Below, one piece after another: positions 25,021 to 37,430 of a DNA stretch of 60,000 nt. A program made the translations under genes and the position numbers. How positions within the stretch are numbered: the first letter of the stretch is position 1; each line of letters begins with the position of its first letter. The notes beneath the pieces are model-generated. The model was not told where the DNA came from and ran no database searches. It was given only the letters and a program-made list of their open reading frames with translations. Origin of the DNA: Squalus acanthias (Eukaryota); assembly GCA_030390025.1 (NCBI GenBank), contig CM059432.1, positions 74,526,001-74,586,000 of the forward strand, in the 5' to 3' direction.

Positions 25021-25622
25021 AGCAAGATTCAGTGCCTTCAGGAGAGGAGAAAAATGGAAAATAACATGAATTTCCCTTACCAGGAAAGACCTAAGTCTTC
25101 TTGTTTTGTTCAATTTATTCACTGTAAGTCAAATTATCTTATTTAAATCTACTAACTTAAAGCCAATCTTCACATTATACATTCTAGTTGTGATTCTATA
25201 TTGGAATACTTAAGAAATACAATAGTACCGTAGCTCAAATGCTCATTTTTAAGGGTTCAAAATATTTAATTCATATTTTCAATCATTTTTAGAGACATGG
25301 GTCGGATCAGAAAATAGTTATAATTATCATTTAAATACATCATGTATCACAGGAAATGTTTGTCCTGGCATTTCATGCCCTCGTCTTCTTTACATTATAT
25401 GGTAAGGATGAAAGTCAATCCAAGCAAATGATAGCATGAATTTTTACACCTTGTTTTCCAAAAGAAAGATTTATATAATTTTACAGAATTTACATATAAA
25501 ATAATGATCAGACTTTAAATAAAAATATATCTCACTTTTAAGTGCTAGGAAGACATATAACTGTGCTACTGGTAAAAAATAAAGATAACTTAAAATATTA
25601 AATTCTCTGAAATTAAACTGTA

Positions 25623-26170
25623 GGGCCACAAAATTAGAGCCTTTAGCGCGGGCCGTTAAGGTCAGTTTGGAAGAGAAAATGGCGGCCCACTTCCACCCGC
25701 TTCCGGCGGGTCCCGCGGCAGCTTCCATTTTGGGAAGCTCGGCAGCGCTGCAGATATTTAGATGAGGCAGATCGTGACGTCAATGAATGTGCAACGCTGA
25801 TTTGACGCACAGATCTGCCATTTTCGACGTCGCCACTCCATTTAACACCTCTCCTAATCATGACCAGCTGACCATGTGTACAGCAGCAGGAAGGAGCCCA
25901 CAGCAGCGCCATTTAAAGGGATCATCAACAATTTGCAGCTGACTTGCTTTTTCATTTCTACTGGCGCTGTGTAAGTTTGTGTATGTTTGGAGCTTTCTAC
26001 AGTTATTTAAAGTTGATGAGGTGACAGGGAGTGCTGCAAGTGGGAAAGGCTTTGCTTCTGATTCGTAAGATAATGTGTGGTTGAATACCTTTGCACTTGT
26101 TATTGTTGGGGCCTTTAGTTGTCCCAGAATGGGGCCTATGCCTGCTTTCAGCAGACGTAGCCTTGCTGGG
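25623..26170 (+). mobile_element. Terminal fragment of a Harbinger-like element
   Basis: GGGCCACAAAATT terminus, then TGACGTCA and ATTTAAAGGG motifs as in other Harbinger ends. No matching second TIR. Confidence 0.35.
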
Positions 26171-26414
26171 TCTATCAGGATAATTTGGGCAGAATTCCCA
26201 GAAAACCACCCCAACATTCCTCATAAACTGCCTGTGCATTGGGGTATGCTTAAGAACATTGACAGACCAAAAGATCTAATCTTTAGTTGGCAAGCGTATT
26301 ATGAGGGGTGGAAACCAGGAGGATCTATGTCCTGCCCCAAATTACAGGCCTGCCCCCCACAGGGATAAGGGCTGAATTATGCCTCAATAAATTGTACAAT
26401 TTATTTCCTCATTT

Positions 26415-26855
26415 GTGCGTCAGCCATGGCTCGTCTCTGAGTCAGAAGGCTGTAGGTTCAAGTCCCACTCCAGAGATCACAAAAATCTAGGCAGTCACTC
26501 CAGTGCAGTACTGAGGGAGTGCTTCACTTTTGGAGGTGCCATCTTTTGGATGAGACGTTAAACCGAGGCCCTGTCTGCTCTCTCAGGTGAACGTAAAAGA
26601 TCCTATGGCAGTATTTCGAAGAAGAGCAGGGGCGTTATCCCCGGTGTCCTGGCCAATATTTATACCTCAATCAACATCACTAAAACTGATTATCTGGTCA
26701 TTACCACATTGCAATTTGTGGGAGCTTGCTGTGTACAAATTGGCTGCCACATTTCCTACATTGCAACACTTCAAAAAGTACGTCATTGGCTGTAAAGAGC
26801 TTTGAGATGTCCGGTGGTCATGAAAGGCGCTATATAAATGTAAGTCTTTTTTTTT
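26415..26855 (+). repeat. SacSINE1/DeuSINE-like SINE
   Basis: B-box GGTTCAAGTCC. GGATGAGACGTTAAACCGAGGCCC...AAAAGATCC. Tail GGCGCTATATAAATGTAAG. Confidence 0.85.
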
Positions 26856-27042
26856 CTCATCCAATAGTAATAAAGGAATGTTGGGTATATCTATAGCTTA
26901 AGGTAGACGCTTGTGTCCCACTGCACTTTCAAAATAATTACTTGTTTTCACATTTCATAGGCTGATATTCAGAACTGTTTTTGAATTGTCAATGTTTTTA
27001 TAACTTATAGTCAACTTTTGCGAGTTTTCTAGATTTTTTAAA

Positions 27043-29625
27043 ATTCATTCATGGGATGTGGGCATCGCTGGCAAGGCCAGAATTATTCGCCCATCCTTAA
27101 TTGCCCTTGAGAAGGTGGTGGTGAGCCACCTTCTTGAACCGCTGCAGTCCGTGTGGTGAAGGTACTCCCACAGTGCTGTTAGGGAGGGAGTTCCAGGATT
27201 TTGACCGAGCGACGATGAAGGAACGGCGATATATTTCCAAGTAAGGATGGTGTGAGACTTGGAGGGGAACTTGGAGGTGGTGGTGTTCCCATGCGCCTGC
27301 TGCCCTTGTCCTTCTAGGTGGAAGAGGTCGCAGGTTTGGGAGGTGCTGCCGAAGAAGCCTTGGCGAGTTGCTGCAGTGCATCTTGTAGATGGTACACACT
27401 GCAGCTATGGTATGCCGCTGGTGGAGGGAGTGAATGTTTAAGGTGGTGGATGGGGTGCCAATCAAGCGGGCTGCTTTGTCCTGGATGGTGTCGAGCTTCT
27501 TGAGTGTTGTTAGAGCTGCACTCATCCAGGTAAGTAGAGAATATTCCATCACACTCCTTATTTGTGCCTTGTAGATGGTGGAAAGGCTTTGGGGAGTCAG
27601 GAGGTGAGACACTCGCCGCAGAATACCTAGCCTCTGACCTGCTCTTGTTGCCACAGTATTTATGTGGCTGGTCCAGTTAAGTTTCTGGTCAATGGAGACC
27701 CCCAGGATGTTGATGGTGGCGGATTTGGCGATGGTAATGCCGTTGAATGTCAAGGGGCGGTGGTTAGACTCTCGCTTGTTGGAGATACTCATTGCCTGGC
27801 ACTTGTGTGGCGCGAATGTTACCTGCCACTTATCAGCCCAAGCCTGAATGTCGTCCAGGTCTTATTGCATGCGGGCATAGACTGCTTCATTATCTGAGGA
27901 GTTGCGAATGGCATTGAACACTGTGCAGTCATCAGCGAACATCCCCATTTCTGACCTTATGTTGGAGGGAAGGTCATTGATGAAGCAGCTGAAGATGGTT
28001 GGGCTTAGGACACTGCCTGAGGAACTCCTGCAGCGATGTCCTGGGGCTGTGATGATTGACCTCCAACCAACACAACCATCTTTCTTTGTGCTAGGTATGA
28101 CTCCAGCCAGTGGAGCGATTTCCCTCCGATTCCCAATGACTTCAGTTTTACTAGGGCTCTTTGATGCCACACTCGGTCAAATGCTACCAAGGGCAGTCAC
28201 TCTCACCTCACCTCTGGAATTCAGCTTCTTTGTCCATGTTTGGACCAAGGCTGTAATGAGGTCTGGAGCCGAGTGGTCCTGACGGAACCCAAACTGAGCA
28301 TCAGTGAGCAGGTGCCGCTTGATAGCACTTCGATCCTTCCATCACTTTGCTGATGATTGAGAGTAGACTGATGGGGCGGTAATTGGCCGGATTAGATTTG
28401 TCCTGCTTTTTGTGGACAGGACATACCTGGGCAGTTTTCCACATTGTCCGATAGATGCCAGTGTTGTAGCTGTACTGGGACAGCTTGGCTAGAGGTGTGG
28501 CCAGTTCTGGAGCACAAGCCTTCAGCACGACAGCGGGATGTATTCGAGGCCCATAGCCTTTGCTGTATCCAGCGCGCTCAGCCGTTTCTTGATATCACGT
28601 GGAGTGAATCGAATTGGCTGAAGACTGGCTTCTGTGATGGTGGGGACCTCAGGAGGAGGCTGATATGGATCATCCACTCGGCACTTCTGGCTGAAGATGG
28701 TTGCAAACGCTTCAGCCTTGTCTTTTGCACTCACATGCTTAGCTCCACCATCATTGAGGATGGGGATATTCATGGAGCCTCCTTCTGCCGTTAGTTGTTT
28801 AATGGTCCACCACCATTCACGATTGGATGTGGCAGGACTGCAGAGATTTGATTGTGGGATCACTTAGCCCGCTTTTTAGCATGCATGTAGTCCTGTGTTG
28901 CAGCTTCCAGGTTGGCACTTTTAGGTACTGCTCCTGTCATGCTCTTCTACACTCATAATTGAACCAGGGTTGGTCCCCTGGCTTGATGATAATGGCAGAG
29001 TGAGGGATATGCTGGGCCATGAGGTTACAGATTGTGGTGGAATACAATTGCTATTGCTGCTGCTGCTGATGGATGCCAGCTGATCTGTTCTGAATCTGTC
29101 CCATTTGGCACGGTGGTAGTGGCGCACAACACGATGGTGAAGACAGGACTTCATCTCCACAATGCAGGTGACAGGTAGATTGGTGAGGACAAGTAGGTTT
29201 TTCCCTCATGTTGGTTCTCTCACCTCCTGTCGCAGGCCCAGACCCAGACTGGCAGCTATGTCCTTCATGATGTGGGACATGATGTTGGTGAGGAGGACTT
29301 AGCAGGGTCGACTGGGCTGGGTGTGCGTGTCCGTATTCTTATTCTTATTTCAGTTTGTTACAACTGAATGGCTTGCTAGGCCATTTCAGAGGGCAGTTAA
29401 GAGTCAACCACATTGCTGTCACATATAGGCCAGACCAGGTAAGGATGGCAGATTTCCTTCCCTAAAGGACATTTTACGACAATCCGATTGTTTCATGGTC
29501 ACCATTACTGATACTAGCTTTTTATTCCAGATTTATTTAATTAACCCCAGCTGCCATTGGTGGGTATTTGAACTCATGTCTCTGGATTACTAGTCCAGTA
29601 ACAGGACGGCTATGCTACCGTTCCC
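27043..29625 (-). mobile_element. CR1-group non-LTR retrotransposon, internally deleted, with a tRNA-like 5' head
   Basis: NPANYRPISLLS, AFDRVWH, GVPQ, FADDC, YKAQIRSVMEY. Tail CCCATGAATGAAT. 5' end 29625-29560 has A/B-box-like motifs and a CTGGA-CTAGTAA-TCCAG anticodon-like arm. Confidence 0.85.
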
Positions 29626-29812
29626 GATTGGTAATATAGGTCGTTATATAAAAAAGGAGTGCCATTCTGTGAAATACATTTAAAAGGCTTTTTCATGCTA
29701 ACTGCAAAAACCAATTAAACTTGTCATTACTTTAGCCTATTGAGTTTCTAAAAAAATTTCACCTTTGAAAGTATGAACATAGTTTTTTGTTTTATATCTG
29801 CAAAACTTTGTA

Positions 29813-30122
29813 ATCATAGAATCATAGAAATTTACGGCACAGAAGGAGGCCATTTGGCCCATCTTGTCTGTGCCGGCCAAAAAAGAGCTGTCCAGGCCTA
29901 ATCCCACTTTTCAACTCTTGGTCCGTAGCCTTGTAGGTTACAGCACTTCAAGTGCATATACAAGTACTTTTTAAATGTGCTGAGGGTTTCTGCCCCCTAC
30001 ATTGAAGTCTAAATCATTGATATTTACCACAAAAAGCAAGGGACCTAGTACTGAGCCCTGCAGAGTCCCACTGGAAACAGCCTTCCAGTCACAAAAACAT
30101 CCGTCGACCATTACCCTTTGCT
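29813..30122 (-). mobile_element. CR1 fragment (3' tail joined to an RT piece by internal deletion)
   Basis: ATCATAGAATCATAGAA tail. Matches 23060-23225 and 22195-22290 in reverse. Confidence 0.8.
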
Positions 30123-32533
30123 GACTATGCTGAATATCAAAAATTGGAATCAGAGAATAAGGACAATAGAATATTTAGTTTATAATATCATTTGATAGAC
30201 AAAAAAAATCTAATCTTTAATGCTGTTTTTTTCCGCATACACCACCTACACTTTTGTGTCCCCACAGGAGGTGATTTTTACAATAGCGTTCTTGCAGTGG
30301 GAGACCTGGGCAATAGGCTTCTCCGCAAGCCCTGTCAAACCCATTCTGATCTGACAGGAGGCATCAGCCGGTACACGTGCATCTTTTTGCAGTGTGAAGT
30401 GTAGCATGGGCAGTGAACATCCATTGGATGCCTGGAAGCAGGTAGATTTGCTGCAGATCAGATATTAGCCATTCCTTCCGCTTATAATGAAATATGCAGA
30501 GTTATGAGTTGCTCGAGCTAGTAGGTCAACTACTAATTCACAAAATTCCACATATCCTTCCACCTCAAACCTAATTGTGGCAGGCAGGCAGGCTCGAGTG
30601 ACAGGTGGACAAACCGGATTTGAAGCAGGCGCTATACCTTTAAAGTGCACAACTATACTGTACTCTTTTAACTTTGATTTTGGTTCAGAATAGCTAAACT
30701 ACACTGTAATTTCCCTTTTGATTTAAGAATATAATGGTAAGCGTTTGAAAGATTAAAAAAGCCTCAAGCTATGACGACCAGTGTTTCAGTATGCAAATAA
30801 GTACCTAGACTAGAGAAAAAGACAAGGGGTCTCATGGTTGTCAGTGTACCTATAAAAGTTAGCTGTGCAATGGTCTTTGACAGACTTTTAGGCTTGTTGT
30901 TTCAGCCTTTTAGTCAACCGTTCCCTGCAGCTAGCCTTAGGAGTTTTCAGTCATATTTTATCAGTGAATAATGCTGAAGTGCTGAAAATGACATCCAACA
31001 TCTACTGGGAGGGCAGAGTTTCAATCCATAAATACTTCACACAGTTTAAGCCTCCAAGGAATTCTTTCACAGTAGATTTGTGAGACAATGACACGGATAG
31101 AAAGCCTGGTTTCAAGGTTTTGAATAAGGTAACGGCCAAAAAGGAAAATTAAATACAAAAGGAAGAGGGGGGAGGGGGGAGACAGGATTATCGCAAACCT
31201 GCTTTTCCTTTAGACTACAGTTTTTCGCCTGCATTTTTCCAGTGATCATTCTTTTGTATATTTTATCCATGACTTAAAATGCAACATGAAAAAGTATTAA
31301 ATTGCTCTGATTTTTTCCCCCAAACTATAAAGGAACAAGATCTGTTAAGTCTCCTAATTAGCTTGTGATACCCATTTGAGTGGTACATTTCATAGAAAGA
31401 AAAAAATAATCCGCTTATTAATTTTGCTTCAGTTAAAATACCTTACTTCAGCCCAAAGAAACATTGCTCTATTAAGAAAAGAAAACCCAAAAGGGAGTGA
31501 CTGCAGAAGTGCAATCCTGGCTGACTTCAACCCCGGCACCCACCCCCTCCCCCCTCTCTTTTGCACGGGGACACTGAGATTTGGTAGCTCAGTACAGACT
31601 AGGTGCTGAACCTGGGGTCTACCTAAGGCCTGTAATATGCCCAAGGTGCTCAGTGCCCCAAACTGCAGCTGCTCAACCTGTTGGCATAAACTTAGCCCAT
31701 TGCGCAAACTGTGCACAAAGCTCATTAAGGCATCAGGAAATATTTATATTAGAGGGACTCCCAATAACATAACTAGATTGACTGAGCAGCGCCCCAATTG
31801 TGGAATGCTTTTTGGAATAAGCACTTCAATGGAGGCTAGTGGGACAGAAGAAAAAGTTTGATCCGAGATTGCCTTCCCCTTAATATGCTGTCTCCCATAC
31901 TCATTCCCCAGTTTTTTTGTTTTGCCAACACTGGCTAAATTGTGCAAAGGGACTTAAGTCCTCAGTAGCTGGAGGCAGGAAAAAATTGGCAGCAATGATT
32001 GGACAGCCTTCCGTTGTTGTTGGCACCTGACATTCTAACTCCAGATCTCCATAGTGCTTCCAGTTCTTCATTTGCCACACTCTGGGAGCATCCAAAAAAT
32101 TAGATGCTGATTGGACACATGAGTGGATAAGTCCCGATGATCGGTGTGCATTATTGGGCCTATATAGTGAGGCCATGCTCAGTGTTATCACATTTGTAAT
32201 GTGATTGAGATCAATGTCTTCCTTTCAACTATTAGAACCCCTACTGCACTGATGTAAACTTTTCCATTTCCCACTGCAGCCACTCTTATAGCCTCTCTGA
32301 GGCAGATTTTGTGTCAATGTATAAGCAGTTCATGTTCTGGGCTAACTACGAACTAGGTTGAGGCTGTCCAAACTCATCTCCTGTAAGATCCTTATAACTG
32401 GCGGTTAGAGGATTTTCATCCATCAGTTAAGGCTGGATTTGAATCCAGAATTCACGCGTGAGGATTACACCACCTCAATGGAAGGTTTCCTCCATTCTCT
32501 ATTTATAGGGAAATCATAAATTCATTCTTTGTA

Positions 32534-32897
32534 CAGGAAACTCTTTATTAACCGGCACCGACGGGACCGGCGTGGTGCCGGTTAATCAAAAAGTCCGGAT
32601 AACGGAGAGTTATATCTCCCAACGTACAAGAGCCCCGTACACATTGACATGCGCCTGCATTCGGAGCTCCGTCTCCCCGGGGACTGCCAGCTGACCATCT
32701 GTCGTGTCCGCTGCCTACCCGGGGTGCACATTCCCCTCCCAATCTACACGCTCCGATACAAGGCAAACGCCTCGGGGTTTTTTTTAAAGTTAATTTTAAA
32801 CGAGAGATGAAGGAAAACCCCGGTTACCTACTCAAGAATTTTGCCGGTTAAGAGAGATTTCCGGATATTTGGGTGCCGGTTAATAAAGAGTTTCCTG
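32534..32897. mobile_element. Tc1/mariner superfamily (pogo/Tigger-like) MITE
   Basis: Perfect 26-bp TIR CAGGAAACTCTTTATTAACCGGCACC. TA TSD. Subterminal CCGG(T/A)TAA repeats. Confidence 0.9.
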
Positions 32898-33324
32898 TAC
32901 CTGCATTTTCAATTTTGTTACAAATTGCAAATAGAGGAAATCTTTCCCCCCTAACCTCCAGTTGATTAGTAATGGTTGAAGCATTGTATAAGAGGAAGAG
33001 AGCATAAGACACAATATATTCTTCACCTATCTAACATTTTTTAAACCAATGTCTGCTATCTACAGTAAATTAAAACATTTAAAATATGAATCCTAGCTGC
33101 ACATGTAATATCAAGAACAACATGCTTGATAGAACAGTACGATCTCTATTTGCCCATATTTTCCTGCCATGTTCTTTTCTCCCCTACCCGTCTTGTTTGT
33201 TGTTTCTACTCTACCACTCTTTTCCTAGCATCTGCATAGAATTTATTAAAGCTGTTAAAATTGCTTCAAGTGTGAGCTTCAGTCACAGAACTATTAACTC
33301 CTAAATGCATGTTTTAAACTCCTT

Positions 33325-33477
33325 GGGGGTAATTTTGACTTTGTGCGATAGTGAAAAACGGGTGATAATGAATTAGCAACCAGTTTTACATCTCTCCCGA
33401 TTTTTATTTCCATTGACTTCAATAGAAATAAAAATCGGAAGGGTTTTTCACTATCGCACAAAGTCAAAATTACCCCC
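33325..33477. mobile_element. Palindromic MITE (family of 12142-12327) with one arm partly deleted
   Basis: GGGGGTAATTTTGACTTTGTGCGATAGTGAAAAAC ... GTTTTTCACTATCGCACAAAGTCAAAATTACCCCC. Confidence 0.85.
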
Positions 33478-33495
33478 AAGGAATTTAGAAGGTTT

Positions 33496-33870
33496 ATGGG
33501 TAATCTAATCGAGATGTTTAAAATGATAAAGGGATTCAATAGGGTAGATACGGAGAAACTATTCCCTCTGGTGGGGGAATCCAGAACAAGAGGGCATCAT
33601 CTTAAAATTAGAGCTAGGCCATTTAGGAGGGAAATCAGGAAGTATTTTTTCACAAAAAGGGTAGTTGGTATCTGGAACACTCTCCCCCTGTGGATGCTAG
33701 GTCAATAGAAATTTTCAAGACTGAGATCGACAGATCTTTGTTAGGCAAAGGTATCAAGGGGTATGGAACAAGGGTGGGTAAATGGATTTGATGTACAGAT
33801 CAGCCATGATTTAACTGATTGGCGGAGCAGGCTCGAGGGTGTGAATAGCATGCTCCTGTTCTTATAATGT
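33496..33870 (+). mobile_element. CR1 3' fragment
   Basis: GNLIEMFKMIKGF...SRTRGH.LK...FFTKRVVGIWNTLP. 3' UTR GATCAGCCATGAT...GGAGCAGGCTCGAGGG. Confidence 0.85.
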
Positions 33871-34029
33871 TCTCTATTTCTGTTATTTATGTATTTCTTA
33901 GCTGTGCCTCTTTCAGTCTTTCTGTAATCTCTAGCTCTAGCTCTCCTCTTTAGAAAGAAAGAATTTGCAGTTCTATAGCATCTTATTGCACCATAAAGAC
34001 ATACCAATGTGCTTTACAACCAATAGAAT

Positions 34030-35127
34030 GGGCCAAAAATTCATCCCATAGAAACATAGAAACATAGAATCTAGGAACAGGAGTAGGCCATTCGGCCCGT
34101 CGAGCCTGCTCCACCATTCAATACGATCATGGCTGATCATCCAAGTCCAGTACCCTGTCCCTGCTTTAATCCCCACAGTACACATATCCCACCCTACCCC
34201 CGTAACCCCACATATTTAATTCCCCTTAACATATCCCATCCTATCCCCATAACCCCACATATTTAATCCCCCCCTAACACTAAGGGTCAATTTTATCATA
34301 GCCAAATCAACCTAACCCGCACATTTTTGGACTGTGGGAGGAAACCGGAGCACCCGGAGAAAACCCACGCAGACACGGGGAGAATGTGCAAACTCCACAC
34401 AGTGCGCGAGAGTACGCAGTGCGTACTCTCGCGTATTCCCTCTGCAATTGCCGGTTTTCTGCATGCCCTGCGCATGCGCTGAAAACCGGCAATTGCTCTT
34501 TTGAAAAGGGGGCGGTTCCTCGGTGCATCGCGTGCGCGCTACAGGCTGCGCGCACGCTGTGCACTTCATGCTTTGGACGCGCAGGTAAGTACTGAAGATT
34601 TTAGAAATGGAAAAAGGAGGAGTAAGACCCACTTTTAACAAGGTAAGTAGTGAATTAAGTATTTTTTTGAATTTTTTTTAACAGCTATATCTTTTTTAGA
34701 GACTTTCAAGACAGGTAAGTTTATTTTTATAACTTTTTAAAAGATTTTAAATTTTTTCAAAAATTTAATTTTTTATTTAAAATGGTTAATTTATTTAACT
34801 ATACTTATTTTATTAATGTGATGGGTTTTTAAAAAAAATTTAATTGAGGTTTAGCTGTTATTTTGGGGGGGTGTAAGATTCATAGATTTCACAGCACGTA
34901 TGTGAAACTTATGAATGGAAGATGGTGTGCTGCCATTGGCTCTAACTGAGTCACGTGATCCCACAGCTCGCACGAATTCACTACGCCGGTGGGATACGCA
35001 AGCACTGCCCGGCTGATGTCTGGAACATCAAGTTCGTGCGAGCTGGATCTGAAAAAGCACAAGCGGAGTGAGAGATCGCGGGGAAGGCTTACCCCTGCGG
35101 GAACAGAGCGAGATCAATTTCTGGGCC
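34030..35127. mobile_element. Non-autonomous DNA transposon (GGCCCAGAAATT-type TIR) with AT-rich core and internal hairpins
   Basis: Ends GGGCCAAAAATT / AATTTCTGGGCC, flanks AAT/ATT. Homologous in reverse to 36904-37430. Confidence 0.7.
34047..34402 (-). repeat. HE1-type V-SINE, 5'-truncated
   Basis: V-domain reverse complement GGGAGGAAACCGGAGCACCCGGAGAAAACCCACGCAGACACGGGGAGAATGTGCAAACTCCACACAG. ~47-bp internal tandem repeat. CR1/HER1-like tail (CATAGAAA)n. Confidence 0.9.
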
Positions 35128-36903
35128 ATTATCTTTGAGGAATAATCACAGTTCTTACGTAGGCAAAAAGTAGCAAGCAATTTGCAAACAGCAAGTGAAT
35201 GAATGTTCAGATAATCTCTTATTTTGCTCTTGGTTGAGGGAGCACTGTTAGCCAGGACCCCAGGCAAGCTACTTGCTCTTTCTCAAATAGTGCTATATGA
35301 TCTTTTACATCTGTCTTAGCATGCTATATAGGGATGGCAGTGCAGGTGGTGTGCCGCAACTGCAGCATGTAGGATTTTGTGGAGTGCATCGCGATCCAGG
35401 ACGATCATGTCTGCAGTAAGTGTCTGCATCGCGAGGAACTTCAGCTTAGAGTTATTGAGCTGGAGTCCGAGGTCCAGACATTGTGAGGCATCAGGGGGTC
35501 ACGCACAAATTGGCATAGGGACAAGCAGATCAGAGAGTTAAATGTGAGGCTCAAAGAGTAGCGTGGGAGGAAGGGGTTTCAATTCATGGGGTACTGGAGA
35601 AAGAGGGAGCTGTTCTGTTGGGACCAGTGTCCTGGCGAATTGAATAACTAGGGCTGTAGACAGGGCTTTAAACTAAAAAGGGGCGGGGGGAGGGGTCCGG
35701 TGAGGGGAAATTTAGAAATCTAAAGAGAAAAGCCAAGGCAATGGAGCAGTGTAGCGATTTGGGTAAAGATAAGCAGAGTGTGACAGGAAGGGACAGAGAG
35801 TTTAATAGAAATAGTGCATCCGTGAATAAGGTGAAAACAGGGAATAATGGTAAAATGGTAAAATTAAAGGTTCTTTATCTGAATACACGAAGCATTCGTA
35901 ACAAGATAGATGAATTAGTGGCATAAATAGAGATAAACGGCTTTGATCTAATAGCCATTACAGAGACGTGGTTGCAATGGTGACCAAGGTTGGGAACTAA
36001 ATATTTCAGAGTACTTGATATTTTGAAAAGACAGGCAGAATGGAAAGGGAGGGGGGTAACCCTAATAATAAAGGATGATATAAGGACAGTAGTGAGGAAG
36101 GATCTTGGCTCGGAAGATCAGGAAGTAGAATCAGTATGGGTGGAGATAAGAAATAACAAGGAGAGAAAACACTGGTGGGAGTAGTTTATAGGCCCCCTAA
36201 CAGTAGCTATATTGTTGGACAGAGTATTAATCAACAAATAATAGGAGCTTGTAACAAAGGTAATACAATAATCATGGGGCACTTTACTCTTCATATAGAT
36301 TGGGCAAATCAAATTTGCAAAGGTAGTCTGGAGGATGAGTTCATGGAATGCATTCAAGACAGTTTCCTACAACAATACATCATGGAACCAACCAGGGAAC
36401 AGGTTACTTTAGATCTTGTATTATGTACTGAGACAGGGTTAATTAATAATCACATAGTAAAGGATCCTCTGCAGAAGAGTGATCATAATATGATAGAATT
36501 TTACATTGGGTTTGAGAGTGAAATACTTAAGTTTGAAACGAGAGTTTTAAACTTAAATAAAGCCAATTATATAGGTATGAGTGGTGAGTTGGCTAAGGTA
36601 GATTGGGAAATTAGATTAAAAGTATGATGGTAGATAACTAGTGGCAAACATTTAAAGAAATATTCCAAAATTCTCAACAAACCTACATTCCATTGAGAAA
36701 TAAAAACTCCACAGGAAAAGTGATCCATCTGTGGCTAACTAAAGAAGTTAAAAATAGTATTAGATTAAAAGAAGAGACTTATAATGTTGCGAAGAATAGT
36801 AGTAAGCCTAAGGATTAGGAGAGCTTTAGAAACTAGAAAAGGATGACCAAAAAATTGATAAAAAGGGAGAAAATAGAATGAGTGTAAACTAGCAAGAAAT
36901 ATA

Positions 36904-37430
36904 GGCCCAGAAATTCGCCTCTCCGGCTTGCCGCGGGGGTAAGGATCGCGCGCGCACTTACCTACCGCGTCTGCCGTTCTGCTTCTGGCCCACGGGGACT
37001 TCAGCTCCTGGGCCTGCTCCAAGTGCCGGCGCGCAGTGCTTGCGTGTTCCAGGGGCGCAGTTAGTGCGATGCGTCCCCTGGGATCACGTGGGCCATGGAG
37101 AGCCAATGGCAGCAGACCATCTTTCATTCATAGATTTGACAGGAAGACCTGTCAAATCTATGAATTGAAATCGGCCCCAAAAGAACAGCTAAACGTCAAA
37201 TAAATTTTAAAAAGTCACATTTTTAAAATAACTATAAGTTAAATAAATTAATTACTTTAAACAAAAATTTAAATTTTTGAAAAAATTAAAATACTTTTTA
37301 ACAGTGCTAAAAATAAACTTACCTTTCTTTAAAGTATCTAAAAATGATAAACCTGTTGAAAAATATTTTAAATTATAATTAATTAACCACTTACCTTGTT
37401 GAAAACGGGTCCTGTGCCTCCTTTTTAAAA
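36904..37430. mobile_element. Truncated half of a GGCCCAGAAATT-type MITE
   Basis: Starts GGCCCAGAAATT after ATA in CR1. Homologous to 34612-35127 reversed. Cut off at the Penelope junction. Confidence 0.7.

Larger units (their letters stand above)
33953..35310 (-). repeat. SacSINE1/DeuSINE-like remnant split by the 34030-35127 element
   Basis: Tail at 33953-34029 (AAAGAATTTGCAGTTCTATAGCA...GTGCTTTACAACCAAT) continues at 35128-35310 (CAGATAATC...GGTTGAGGG...GATCTTTTACATC). Confidence 0.65.

Noticed and set aside
30269..30371. Plus-strand exon after strong acceptor TTTTGTGTCCCCACAG
   Set aside because: No convincing donor, and the sequence begins like a decayed MITE terminus (GGAGGTGATTTT).
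31901..32225. About 110-codon minus-strand open frame in unique DNA
   Set aside because: No recognisable domain and weak splice signals; length compatible with chance.
34183..34272. Short direct repeats as a CRISPR-like array
   Set aside because: Two adjacent units without spacers inside an HE1 SINE, in eukaryotic DNA with no cas genes.
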